Shown piece after piece: positions 35,301 through 48,412 of a stretch of 64,000 nt of DNA. The DNA comes from Octopus sinensis. Its lineage: Eukaryota. The notes under the pieces are model-generated. The model saw only the letters and a list, made by a program, of their open reading frames with translations. It was not told the origin of the DNA and ran no database searches. The number at the start of each line of letters is the position of its first letter. Positions within the stretch are counted from its first letter, which is position 1. Both the position numbers and the translations under genes were made by a program. Location of the stretch: contig NC_043001.1 in the NCBI RefSeq assembly GCF_006345805.1, forward strand, positions 89,528,001-89,592,000, in the 5' to 3' direction.

Positions 35301-38300
35301 AAGCAAACCACCTTCTCTTTAATGCATTAAAAACTCTAAAACATATTCAGAACTCTATTTCAGAAAATTATCTCCGTTCTCATTGAGCATACAAGAGACA
35401 AATTCAGGTGGGGTAAAATGAGTAAGGCAAAGTAAGGTAAATTTGCTTCTTCAATTCCTTAGAATTACATTTGAAAAAAGTATCGATCCTTAGACATCAG
35501 AATAATCAGAAATGCAACAAAAAATTGTGAATATTTGGGTCAAATGAAAGAGGACATTGTAAAAATGACACATGATATGAAATTAACGAAACTCAACTAA
35601 ATCTAAAAACTCAGCATAAAATATTATGTATAGCATATTCACGATCTTCTGGGGTGACTCTCTTCCCGTCATATTTACGCACCATACCGTTAAAGAAAAC
35701 ATTACTGAAATTAGTCGTTACTCACTTTTCTCCAATTTAAACATTTGTTTTGAAAATGGAAAATTATCAGATTAGACATTAGTATGGAAAAAATTTGACT
35801 GGGAATCCGACAAAGAAGGGAATTTTGATTGTTAAGCACCAAACATTATCGAGATATTTTATTAGCAACCTCAATTATAATCGGGTTCAAAGTTAAAAAT
35901 TTCCTTTAATAAAAAAGTACTTGTCTCCTGACTATGTTTCAAACTCTCTCATCTTCGACGACAACAACAACAACAATGCTGACCAATGTTTGCTCCAAAA
36001 GATGACGCAAAAGTACAAAATGATGATGCAATATTTGCACTGTAATGGTTTTTAACAAGTAGGAAGAAGATAACAAAAATCAGCAATTACTTATTTTGCC
36101 CCACTATCTACGATTATCATATACCAGTTTATTAATTTTGTATAAAATAAACCAAACACATTTTACATGGTGCTAATTATTAACAATTCATTTACTTTCA
36201 CTTTCCTTCATTGTTAGTTGTTTCATTTTGTTCGCTATATTATATTCGAAAAATTGAAGGGGGCTAACGATAATTTAAAATAATTAATTGTTAATTAAAC
36301 ACGGATTAATTACCTAATACATTTTTATATTTTAAAACAAAAGTCTAAATACTGAGAGGACAGGACGTAAGAGAAAGAAAACAAGTTTTAGGAACAAAAT
36401 GAAATCATTCTTTAAATTCTTCGAAATTATTTTCTTCTCATCAACAATACAGAAAAAAAGAAGAATAGTTTTACTTGGGTCAGATTCTTTCCTGTTATCG
36501 TAGACTTAATCAGATGAGAGATACACTTCCCCCTAGATATGACGTTGATCTAATACATGTAACTTTTCTCCATAGAAGAATTGAATTTTGCTCTGAAAGT
36601 CAATTGTTCACCTATGAGTTCCAGGTGAGAGAGGTAAGCGTCTACAACTTAGTACGATGCAGTGCAAGTGATGTAACACGAATTAACGAGCTCCCGGCTG
36701 TATATGTCCAGTAACTTTGAACAACTTGAACCATCGCTTTTCACTGCCTTCGAGTAACTTTTAAAGTAATAGGTGATTTATATTACCAAGATGGTACTTT
36801 GTTATTTATAAACAAATAATATCGGTTTGCTTTCCTGTCGTTTCCTTTCTGCAAAAAGTTACAGGAATTTTGAAAAAAAATAGATGAAAATTTCAAATTT
36901 AAACAACGAAAACAAAAGGCTATGACGTCATCGCGCCGTGTTAAATGTCAACGCCGAGTGAAAAACCATCGAAAAATTGGCCGTTATAATCTTTCCTGTA
37001 ACGAATGACTTTAAGCAGCGACTAAACAATTGATGTTTAGAAAAACCTATTTTGGAGGGTTTTTTTGAGATTTATTTTTCATTTTTTTTTATTACCTATC
37101 AAGTGATTTAAAGACAATGGTTACCGTTTTCATACTTTATTTTATAATTTGCTTGTCCTTTAACAAAGGTTAGTATTGTAATGCAATTTTAAAACTCTTC
37201 TTAATTGTCCCTATTGGCTTTAGACTACAAACACCTTATCACCACAAAATATCAAACATATTTTACTGAATTGGGTTTTTTTCATACACATTGTTATTGA
37301 ATTTTTTTTTTTTCGTACACAACTGTTTGGGTAGATCCATGTGTGTATACGTGTTTGTGTAAATAAATGTTTATGTGTAAATATGGATATATATGCATCC
37401 AATAACCTATATTAATTCACTTGCCAAAGAGTACAACAGGTTAAGTCAAGTCATTCCCGTAGCATATCTGCAGTTGGGGCACCTGAATTTTTTCGTCAAT
37501 CTTCTCTGCCCTTTCCGTACTTGAGCCCTGTTCATCGACCATTCTGCTGTATTTGGGCGAAAGACGCGGCCGTTATTAACCCAGACCCCGACTACGTCAG
37601 CATAGAATTAAATATTGGTGTAACTTTTGTTGAAGTGTTTCATTAGGTTTGGTAATCCTGGTGACGCCCATCTCCACTAGATATGGGTTCCTTTGGTTAT
37701 CAAGGAACACCTTTGACAAATTTTTTAAAACTGATGTTAATATATTTATATAACATATATGTTGTTGCTCGATCTTGTAGAGAGCATACAAGAATATGAA
37801 ATATAAACTATTAAAGTTTCATACTTTGACATTTATTTGGCTACCTTAAGATTAGTAAATGGCGCCCACAGGGAAAGAAAAAGGGCAAGAAATTGGGTGG
37901 GTGGGGTTTCCATTCATTTTTATTAATTTCTTTTTTAAGTACTTATGTCTTTTCATACAAGAGAGATTACGAGTCTGAAAGTTTTTTTTCCTCCCCAAAT
38001 TTCAGTCTTTTACATCTTTATTCTCAATTCTGTTCACATTTCCTTCCGTCTAGTAACTCTTCCAAATATAGATTTAATGAGTTCGAGTTCTGAAATTATA
38101 GTTTAATGTATTCTGGCCATGTTTGGCGTAAATTATCCAGCAGTCCTCATTGCTAGGTTTTTGAAGCTTCTTATGTTAAGTGTTGTTCAACATTAATCAC
38201 AAGTGCTCTATAGGATTCATGTAGGTGGACTGGCTTGACAAAAGAATGTCTTTTAATTCTTTTTTTTTTTTTCCTGCAGTATGAAAGATCGTCCAGTAGG

Positions 38301-40214
38301 CGCCCAGTATGACATTTATTTATTTATTTTAAAAACATTGGTTTAAGTTTGTCTTCAAGGATAGAAACATATTTTCTGAAATAATGTTGGCAACACCTTC
38401 AAACATGCCTCATCGCTCACAATTCCAAGTAGCTTCCAAAACCGGCATATTTACACAAGTGCGCCCTCCCTTGCTTTGTTTCCTCACAACTTTCAGAAAA
38501 TAGCCACTTTCTAATGAAATTTTCTACAGATACCTTTTAAATGGTGCAGATTACCATAATTTTGAAAGTTGATATGGAAAAAAATTTGCAGGCGCAAACG
38601 TATACATGCTGACACATCACTTATTTACAAAATGAAACTTGAAATTTCGAAAGAAGTTATATGATTTGTGTCAACATGTATATGTGCGCGCTCACCGTTC
38701 TTTTTTTTTAATGTAGGATTCCGATATAATCGTAATCTACACCATCTGAGAGGTATTTTTAGAAATTTTCATTAAAAAATATCGTATCAATTATCCGAAA
38801 CTCCTCCCCGCTCCCGAAAATTTTTTCACAATGAATTCCGATATAGCTGTGATGTACACCATGTGAAAGGTACTTGCAGAAATTTTCATTGAAGAATATT
38901 CATTTTCTGAATTTTTATTGAAGAATATTCATTTTTCTGAACAAAATCGGTAGGGATAATTGTGTGGACACACTCTTAATACGTCACTGTTTAACTTTTG
39001 ACGAGGATTCAGTGTCCGAAAATTAAGCAAACCTTCAATCGTATACTGTGCTAAACGCCAGAAACTGGCTATTTTCAGTAATCCACGCATTCATTCATCT
39101 TCTTAACATTAATTGCTAACAAAATGACCTTCTTCTTAGCTTCACGTCCTTAATAAATCTAATGAAGCTAATTTGCTACTGTTCTTGGTTCTAAGGCCAC
39201 ATTGCTAGTGCCCCCCCCCCCACTCACCATCACAGACATAGACCATTTTCTCTAGCAAATTCAAAACAGCAGTCCTTCACAAATAAAACTTAACCTAATC
39301 AACCCTTTATTTTGTTTGGGGTTTTTTTTTGCATCCACTGTCCCGTTTTGGTCACCCCATTATCGCCCCCTTTTTCTTTCGATCTTTCCACCCCCACCCC
39401 CAGGGGCGGGAGCGGTACCGCCCACTTTGGGAACCATTGGCAGTCATCTGGCCCTTCTTATGACTTCAAGTCTAATTCTTGAAAGAAATAATCTCTTACA
39501 AATGTTGAATTGAAACGCTGTGTCCTCTTTATTTGCACGTTAAGGCCACAGGCATTGTTTTCACTTTGGTTCTATTGTAAATTTTTTTGTTTTTCCCCAG
39601 TGGGCGCCCCTTTGTGAACAGATTTCACTACTGTTTTTGTTTTTAGCTAAGATTTCTTTATCGGCTATGTTGTTATGAAGATTTTCTCTAGAACGTTTCT
39701 TAAGACTTTGATGTATGTCAAGTGTTCTTGTTTCGCTTTAATATTTATGTTGTGATTTTAGTTTTGATCACGTCATTTTGATTGTCTCGATTGCTGTTTT
39801 ATATGCCTGCAGTGCGACTGCGCAGAGTTCTGTTCTGTTTGCAGACGACATGTTCAGCGTTGATTTTAGTTAGTCTAGAATGTTGCAAGTCGCTGCATAA
39901 AATGTTATTGCGTTTTGCTTACAATTTAGCAATCTTTCTGTTTAGCAACACTCACTACTGCACTAGCTCACTCTTCGACGAAAAGTTCTGAAACGTTTTT
40001 TACACTGCTGTTCGTCGACGCAGGCGATCGGTATCTTCCGCGTATTCTGCTTTTCATTGTAAAGAAGTTCTTTTGTATACGATCGTCTTTCATTTTTAAC
40101 AGTCTCCAGCAAATCTAAAATAATATATTGGTTCTTTTTAAACCAATTTCATTTGGTACTTGTTCTTATCAATTTATTATCATAATTTTTCTGAAATCAT
40201 ATAAAAGAATTCAA

Positions 40215-40516
40215 GGTACTACTTAAGAAGAGTGGTCTCGGTGCGCGCACTCGCGTACTCGTGCTTCCGCGCTAGCCAGTCGTGACTAATCGATCCTACA
40301 ACGACTACCTAACAAAGTAAATAAAACACGAAATAAATAATTTTTTTAAACAAAGTAAATAATATTTTTTAAAACAAAGTAAATAAAACACAAAGTAAAT
40401 AATTTTTTTAAACAAAGTAAATAAAACACGAAAACACAGTAGGGATCGACTTGTCACGACTAGCTAGCGCGGATGCACGAGTGCGCGCACCGGGACCACT
40501 CTTCTTAAATAGTACC
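40215..40516. mobile_element. MITE with long TIRs and 9-bp TSD (Merlin-type, or Mutator-like)
   Basis: TSD AGAATTCAA at 40206-40214 and 40517-40525; ~65-bp TIRs starting GGTAC; A-rich tandem core. Confidence 0.85.
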
Positions 40517-41422
40517 AGAATTCAACTCATAGTACTTGCTGAATATTGTCCTTATTGTCCAAAATTCTGATCTACATAATAATGTCAGCCGGCAAATCCT
40601 AAGCTTTATGTCAAGGTAGATATTACCAGGCTCCCATACGTTTGTTCACAATCTCTCAAACGCTGAGCTAGATTTTGATAAACGGCTGTTAGATTTTCTG
40701 TTAATTTAGAATTATGGTATCGTAGTAAGCTAATTCATCTACAACGAGTAGATATGTAAATATGTAGATATGTAAACGAATATATGTAAATCCACTAGGG
40801 TGTAGGTTTACATATATTTATGTAGCTGAAAACGTCCGTTCTCAATGTATTGACGAGATGGGTGTTGATATGTGTTATGTATGTTAAATTTCAAAATCCT
40901 GACACGCCGCAAAAATGTAAAAGAGACCCTGTTCAAAGCGAATATCATATGTTTCAGAGCTAGCTACTAAAGCACAGACGTCGGCGACAGTGGCGTTACA
41001 TGGGTTTTGACCGTATATAAGATGACCACTCCGTGCAGTCCGTGCAGTCCGTACAACCTGTACTCCCCACGCTACTCCACTGATTGCCGAAAAGATCTCG
41101 AATTTAAGGATCTCTAAAGTTTCTGTTTAGTTCTATATTTGATATGTATTCCACAATCGAGAATGTATCAACAAATACTGAGCTGAGTAGAATATCAGAC
41201 AGATTAGGGGCTTACAAGGCGATCCTTCAGTATTGGTCTCCATAGTGTCGGTATAAGGAGACGATGTCATTCACCAGCTTTTTCAGCCTAGCCTCTTTAT
41301 GTCACGTGGAAAGATTGTGTGGGTGAATGACGTCGTCTACCAACCCTGAACGATTGCTCTTTAAAATAGAGCCTTGTTTAACAGCATTAAAGGTTGCTGA
41401 TTGCTCTTCATTATCTGTATAG

Positions 41423-41582
41423 GTCGCTTTGCCATTCTATCATTTTTATCCAGAGACCTCAGTTGTCAAGATAAATACTCTTTTTGTCAGATCTATAAAA
41501 ATGATGTACAAATTAATTTTGCTCACAACATCTTGGCGGGGAAAGCAAACATCTATTCTGCAGCCGTTTCTTTAGGAAAATG
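41423..41582 (+). CDS. Possible upstream exon of the PAN gene
   Basis: ttcattatctgtatag acceptor, gtatga donor, open frame (RFAILSFL...AVSLGK). It ends in phase 2, which does not join the 49585 exon directly. Confidence 0.25.
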
Positions 41583-43065
41583 GTATGAGTAGTGTTTTTT
41601 TTCTGACTCAAAACCAAACTTCATTTAATCTAGATTAATTCTGTTCCTAATCAGTTGTGCTATAACATTTTTTGTAACTTTTATGATCTGACCTGGCTGT
41701 TTAATAGCTTTGTAGTTTCCTCTTGCTAGTACATCTCTTTTGCTTTTGTAGCAGTTGATGATAATACTGTTATATTAGCCATTAGATATGATGCCTGATT
41801 TACCATGTGGATGATTAGTTCATGTCCCATCCTACAGATATTTTAGGAATCTCAGTGGTAATTTCTGATTCACTGAGTGAATTTCATGTCTTCATAATTT
41901 TCAGTCATCTTGACTAGCTGGTCCTTTTGTTGGGTCTACTTTGGGAGCAAATCTTACTTCCATGCATTCTCCTCATTTACAGCTTCTAATTATAGCACTT
42001 CCATGCCTCTCTTTTTAATGTCTGTAAGACTATGAACGTTATCCTGTTGTACACACTTCTCCCCAACAATGTCTTGATTTTCTCCCAAATATACATTGCA
42101 ATCAGTAAAACCTCACACTTTTTGCCCATGGCTTCGCTCCATGCTTAATGTACCTGATAATTGGCTTCTTTTCTTCTCAACTTGATAATGCTCTTTGCTA
42201 CTCCATTTTCTTTCATTGTCTTTCTAGAGTTGTCTCTTAGCCTTTATGTCTCTATCTATGGAAGTATTTCACTTCCATGTTACAATCATTTTGGTTGGGA
42301 TATTGCACCAGCCACAGATTTAGTCTGTTGTCCTCAGTAGATTGTCCCATAGAAGCTCCTAGTTGTCCTTTATAATTTTCTATCCCCTCCTCTATCTTGT
42401 CATATGTACCAATATACCCCTAAACTTATTGCTGGTTGTTATCTCGTTTAGCCCATGTATCCTCTGTCTCTAGATTGTCTTCTGCTTCTGGGCCTGGCTA
42501 ACTCTTACTCTCGAGTTGCAAAACATGAGTCTATGTTGGGATATACCTTTTTCACCAGAGAAAGACTTAGTGTTCATAACCAACTATCTTTTCTGGGAAA
42601 TATAAAGTCTGTCAGGTATCTATATTCACTTGATTGGCTAATGAACACCTGATGACCACATCAAGTAACCAACCAAATTGGCAGGCTGGTTTTTGTATAT
42701 GGTAGGTCATTTGCATCACAAAACTCCTTTGATCCTTCCTCATTTCATGTATCTTAACCATTGCCTTCATTTGTGTGTGTGTGTGTTTATATGTATTTGT
42801 ATGTATGTGTGTGTATGTGTATCTGAATGAATATGAATAAATATATGTGTGTGTGTGTTATACTCTTATTAACACCAACCACATTACAGCACATTCTGTA
42901 AACTGATAGGGATTATGAAGGGTATCGAGCCATAGAAACAATACTCAAACTGAAACATTTGAGCAAGCCATGGTCTTCTGACTTATTGGATCCTGTCAAA
43001 CTGTCCAATCCATTCCAGTATGGTAAATGGATCTAACATTATATGTATATATATATATATATATA

Positions 43066-43470
43066 GGTGCAGGCATGACAGTGTAGTAAGAAGCTTGCTT
43101 CCTAACCACATGGTTCAAGGTTCAGTTCCATTGCATGGCACCTTGGGCAAGTCTCTTCTATAGCCTGAGGCCAACCAAAGTGGATTTGGTAGATGGAAAC
43201 TGAAAGAAGCCCATCGTATATATATATGTATCTACGTATGTATGTATGTATGTACGTATCTTTGTGTTTGCCCCCACCTCACTGCTTGACAACCGATGTT
43301 GGTGCATTTACATCCCCGTAACTTAGCAGTTCAGCAAAAGGCTGATAGAATAAGTACTAGGCTTTAAAAAAGTCCTGGGGTTGATTTGTTCAACTAAAAC
43401 CCTTCCAGGCGGTGCTCCAGCGTGGTCACAGTTAAATGACTGAAACAAGTAAAAGAATAAAAGAATATAT
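43066..43470 (+). mobile_element. Full-length tRNA-head SINE
   Basis: ggtgcaggcatg...ggttcagttcc head, body, and aaaagaat tail after (TA)n. Confidence 0.8.
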
Positions 43471-43637
43471 AAATATATATAATTATAAATAAGGGCAAAA
43501 GAAAAAAATTGTCTTTGCCAATATACTGAAAAATAGATGCTAAAGCGTCTAACCACATAAGATATTTTCACTATATTATTACACCAGTGTGGTAAATGGA
43601 TTTAAAATTATATAAATATATATATGTATGTATATTT

Positions 43638-43936
43638 ATGGGTAGAGAACATCACAAACAGTAAACAACATGAAATACGAAAACAAATCAGTTGAATACG
43701 CAAACAACGAGAGAAACAAATGGGAAACAGAACAAGTAACATAAAGAACAACCCTACATCAGTTGTTGGCTGTCTAATGCTCGAAATGAGGAGTGGATAA
43801 ATAGCCTACAACTGATGAAGGATCATTCTTTATGTTACTTGTCCCGTTTTCCATTTGTTTCTCTCGTTGTGTGCATATTCGACTCATTTGTTTTCATATT
43901 TCATATTGTTTACTGTTTGTGATGTACTCTACCCAT
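43638..43936. repeat. Fold-back element, probably Penelope-derived
   Basis: Arms of about 110-130 bp: atgggtagag...aagtaacataaagaa versus ttctttatgttactt...ctctacccat; inner catcagttgt/acaactgatg. Confidence 0.8.
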
Positions 43937-43952
43937 ATATGCATATATGTCT

Positions 43953-46296
43953 CACCAAGGAAATGACTGAAGACCGAGTCCTATGGAAGTGTGCTGTGCA
44001 TGAGAGGACCCGGCAGGACTAGTCAGGCCATATCCCGTGGCCCCTACCTGGGACGTAGTCGATCCACCTGTGCATACCTTCCTTCTTGTGACACTTGTGA
44101 AGACCTGCTGAGACAAGTGAAAATCAAAATCAATCAAAATAGATGAACATCAATGGAATTTGTATCTTTGTGGTACCAGTGCCTGTGGCACACAAGAAAA
44201 CCATCCGAACGTGGCCGTAGCCAGTACCGCATCGACTGGCCTCCGTGCTGTGGGAACATGGCGGCACATAAAAACACCATCCGAAGACCCGGCAAGACTA
44301 GTCAGGTCATAACCCATGGGCCCTACCTGGGACGTAGTCAGTCCACCTGTACATACCTTCCGACTTGTGAAGACCTGCTGAGGCAAGTGAAAATCAAATC
44401 AAATCAAATCAAAACAAATCAAAATAGATGAACATCAATGGAATTTGTATCCTTGTGGTACCAGTGCCAGTGGCACACAAGAATCCATCCGAACGTGGCC
44501 GTAGTCAGTACCGCTTGTGGTACCAGTGCCGGTGGCACACAAGAATCCATCCGAACGTGGCCGTAGTCAGTACCGCATCACTGGCCATCGTGCTGTGGGC
44601 ACATAACAAACACCATCCGGTCGTGGCCGTTCGCCAGCCTCATCTAGCACCTGTGTCGGTGGCACATAAAAACACCTTCCGAAGACCCGGCAAGACTAGT
44701 CAGGCCATAAACCATGGCCCCTACATGGGACGTAGTCAGTCCACCTGTGCATACCTTCCCCCTTGTGATACTTGTGAAGGCCTGTTGAGGCAAGTGAAAA
44801 TCAAAGGCCTGTTGAGGCAAGTGAAAATCAAAATCAAAATCAAATCAAAACAAATCAAAATAGATGAACATCAATGGAATCTGTATCTTTGTGGTACCAG
44901 TGCCGGTGGCACACAAGAGAAAACCATCCGAAAGTGGCCGTAGCCAGTACCGCATCGACTGGCCTCCGTTCTGTGGGCACATGACAAACACCATCCGATC
45001 GTGGCCGTTCGCCAGCCTCATCTAGCACCTGTGTCGGTGGCACATAAAAACACCATCCGAAGACCCGGCAAGACTAGTCAGGCCATAACCCATGGCCCCT
45101 ACCTGGGACGTAGTCAGTCCACCTGTGCATACCTTCCTTCTTGTGACACTTGTGAAGACCTGTTGAGGCAAGTGAAAATCAAATCAAAACAAATCAAAAT
45201 AGATGAACATCAATGGAATCTGTATCTTTGTGGTACCAGTGCCGGTGGCACACACTTTGTGGTACCAGTGCCGGTGGCACACATGAGAACCATCCGAACG
45301 TGGCCGTAGCCAGTTCCGCATCGACCGGCCTCCGTGCTGTGGGCACGTAACAAACACCATCCGATCATGGCCGTTCGCCAGCCTCATCTGGCACCTGTGT
45401 CGGTGGCACATAAAAAACACCTTCCGAAGACCCGGCAAGACTAGTCAGTCCACCTGTGCATACCTTCCTTCTTGTGACACTTGTGAAGACCGGTTGAGGC
45501 AAGTGAAAATCAAATCAAATCAAATCAAAATAGACAAAATAGATGAACATCAATGGAATTTGTATCTTGTGGTACCAGTGCCTGTGGCACACAAGAAATC
45601 CATCAGTGCCGTAGTCAGTGCGGTGGGCACATGACAAACACCATCCGATCGTGGCCGTTCGCCAGCCTCATCTAGCACCTGTGTCGGTGGCACATAAAAA
45701 CACCATCCGAAGACCCGGCAAGACTAGTCAGGCCATAACCCATGGCCTCTACCTGGGACGTAGTCAGTCCACCTGTGCATACCTTCCTTCTTGTGACACT
45801 TGTGAAGACCTGTTGAGGCAAGTGAAAATCAAAATCAAATCAAAACAAATCAAAATAGATGAACATCAATGGAATTTGTATCTTTGTGGTACCAGTGCCG
45901 GTGGCACGTGGCACATAAGAAAACCATCCGAACGTGGCCGTAGCCAATACCGCATCGACTGGCCTCCGTGCTGTGGGCACGTAACAAGCACCATCCGATC
46001 GTGGCCGTTTGCCAGCCTCATCTGGCACCTGTGTCGGTGGCACATAAAAACACCATCCGAGCGTGGCCGTCTGCCAGCCTCGTCTGGCACCTGTGTCGGT
46101 GGCACATAAAAACACCATCCGAGCGTGGCCGTCTGCCAGCCTCGTCTGGCACCTGTGTCGGTGGCACATAAAAACACCATCCGAGCGTGGCTGTCTGCCA
46201 GCCTCGTCTGGCACCTGTGTTGGTGGCACATAAAAACACCATCCGAGCGTGGCCGTTTGCTAGCCTCGTCTGGCACCTGTGTCGGTGGCACATAAA
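43953..46296 (+). repeat. Composite tandem array: six RTE-tail units plus 61-bp subrepeats
   Basis: gacccggc at 44007, 44286, 44684, 45062, 45429 and 45712; each unit ends in (AAATC)n; about four to five 61-bp repeats at 46030-46296. Confidence 0.9.
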
Positions 46297-46466
46297 ATCA
46301 CCCACTACACTCTCGGAGTGGTTGGCGTTAGGAAGGGCATCCAGCTGTAGAAACACTGCCAGATCTGACTGGACTGGTGCAGCTTTCGGGCTCCCCAGAC
46401 CCCAGTTGAACCGTCCAACCCATGCTAGCATGGAAAGCGGACGTTAAATGATGATGATGATGATGA

Positions 46467-46470
<4 letters not shown>
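46297..46470 (+). mobile_element. (GAT)n-tailed SINE 3' body
   Basis: cccactacactctcggagtgg...catggaaagcggacgttaaatgatgat. Relatives at about 47760, 54020, 56535 (minus) and 57445. Confidence 0.8.
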
Positions 46471-46518
<48 letters not shown>

Positions 46519-46521
<3 letters not shown>

Positions 46522-46648
46522 CATACTTGGAAATGGATGCGTGGCGTTTAATTAAATAATAATATAAATAATATATATATATATATATATATATATTATT
46601 TATATTATTATTTAATTAAACGCCACGCATCCATTTCCAAGTATGTAT
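46519..46648. repeat. Perfect 130-bp palindrome centred on (TA)n
   Basis: atacatacttggaaatggatgcgtggcgtttaattaaataat... is mirrored exactly. Confidence 0.92.
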
Positions 46649-47191
46649 ATATATATATATAGTTAATCCAAACAAGAAAACACAGAAAAAAACACAGCAA
46701 CGCGAGGACATGGAACAATTAAAGTATTATTTGACGCTCAGGAAAGAAGGGAAGGAGGGTTTAACGTTTCGAGTGGAGCTCTTCGTCGGAAACAAGGAGA
46801 AGCAAAGATCCCAAGAAGGGAAGACAGAGGAAAAAAAATATTTTTGCTGGTGGTGCTCAAGAGATCACATATATATATATAATTTCTTTACTGCCCACAA
46901 GGGGCTAAACATAAAGGGGACAAACAAGGACAGACAAAGGGATTAAGGCTAAATCTAAGTCTAGAGGGTTCATAAATCTCAGTTATGTCATCAATTCCTA
47001 TTCTTTCATTATTTACTTAGCTTCAGGATTAATAGATTTGAGAACATCTTTGTTTATTATTTTGTGTTTTTTAGTATTTAGAAAAGTATGAAGAATCAAC
47101 ATTAGAAATCTTTTTGGAAACCACTCCAATTAAAGGACAAATCCACATTCAACCTGCTACACACGGATATGTGTGCATATGTATGTATGCG

Positions 47192-47223
<32 letters not shown>

Positions 47224-47279
47224 CATATGTATATATAAGTGTTATAATATCCTAACATATATTATTATTACTATTATTA

Positions 47280-47505
47280 AAAACCGTGTGAACAGCCATG
47301 CTACATGGCAATGAAACATGGGCCGTGACTGCTAAGGACATCTGCTGGATGTGTAATGTCAGTGTGCATACACGACAGAGTGTAAGCGCCCTGAGAGAAA
47401 AGTTGGATTTAAGAAGCATCAGATGTGGTGTGCAAGAGAGACGACTGCGCTGGTATGGTTATGTGTTGCAAATGAATGAGGACAGCTCATGTCAGCGGAA
47501 CATTA
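47280..47505 (+). mobile_element. RTE-clade LINE fragment
   Basis: MLHGNETWAV...LREKLDLRSIRCGVQERRLRWYGYVLQM, the typical RTE C-terminal motif. Confidence 0.8.
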
Positions 47506-47949
47506 AAAGCATATTTGAGCATGATCATTGCCAGGGCCATGGATTGGCTCCCATGCCGGTGACATGGGAAAAGCACCATTAGAGTGTGATCATTACCAGC
47601 ATTGTCTTACTGGCACATGAAAAACAACATTCGAGTGAGGTTGTTGCCAGCGCTGCCAGACTGGCTCCCATGCAGGTAGCTCGTAAAAACACCTTTTGAG
47701 CGTGGTCGTTGCCAGAACTGCCTGACTGGCCCTCATGATGGTGGCGCGTAAAAAGCATCCATTACACTCTCGGAGTGGTTAGCGTTAGGGAGGGCATCCA
47801 GCTGTAGAAACTTTGCCAGATCAGATTGAGCCTGGTGCAGCCTCTGGCTCACCAGTCCTCAGTCAAACCGTCCAACCCATACCAGCATGGAAAGTGGATG
47901 TTAAACGATGATGATGATGATGATGATTAATAGGAACCAGATTTCTAAC

Positions 47950-48350
47950 AGAAAATGGAGAAGATTGGAATTGATACATCTCTAAAAGATATACCATTAC
48001 ATACTCGTAAGGAGTACATTAAGGATATCATTGCTAAATTCCATGAATTAACAAGAAGAATGAGATGGAAGGCTCTGCTCCACGATAAAGAACAGAGTAA
48101 GGAAGAGAATTTATGCAATGATACCAATGAAGAACTAAGCAAAATCAGAAGAAATTTTAAATACAAAAAAGTCCCAATGGAAACTACTTAAAAATATCAA
48201 GTTTAAGAAAAACATTCTCAAGAATAAACCCTTATTTAAATTAAAGTACAAAGTTAAGGAGCTTAGAAAATTGAATGGAATCCTTGTACAGGATGATAAA
48301 ACTGGAAATTTATGCAATGTAGGTATAATTTATACCACAAACTGTTACAT
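47950..48350 (+). mobile_element. Penelope-like element, N-terminal ORF fragment
   Basis: SLKDIP...YIKDIIAKFHELTRRMRWKA resembles the conserved SxKNIP...RMRWKA region of Penelope-like polyproteins. Confidence 0.65.
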
Positions 48351-48367
48351 AAAGAATACTAAAAAAA

Positions 48368-48412
<45 letters not shown>

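Noticed and set aside
36576-36633. Possible small plus-strand exon with strong acceptor
   Set aside because: Two competing donors and no frame link to the PAN gene; may be UTR, unsupported.
37860-37875. TGGCGCCCACAGGGA as a tRNA-Lys PBS
   Set aside because: No LTR upstream and no gag-pol downstream; better seen as a possible inverted terminus.
44428-46431. ORFs of 100-170 aa in the tandem array
   Set aside because: Open frames arise in both directions from GC-richer repeat units, and frames shift between units.
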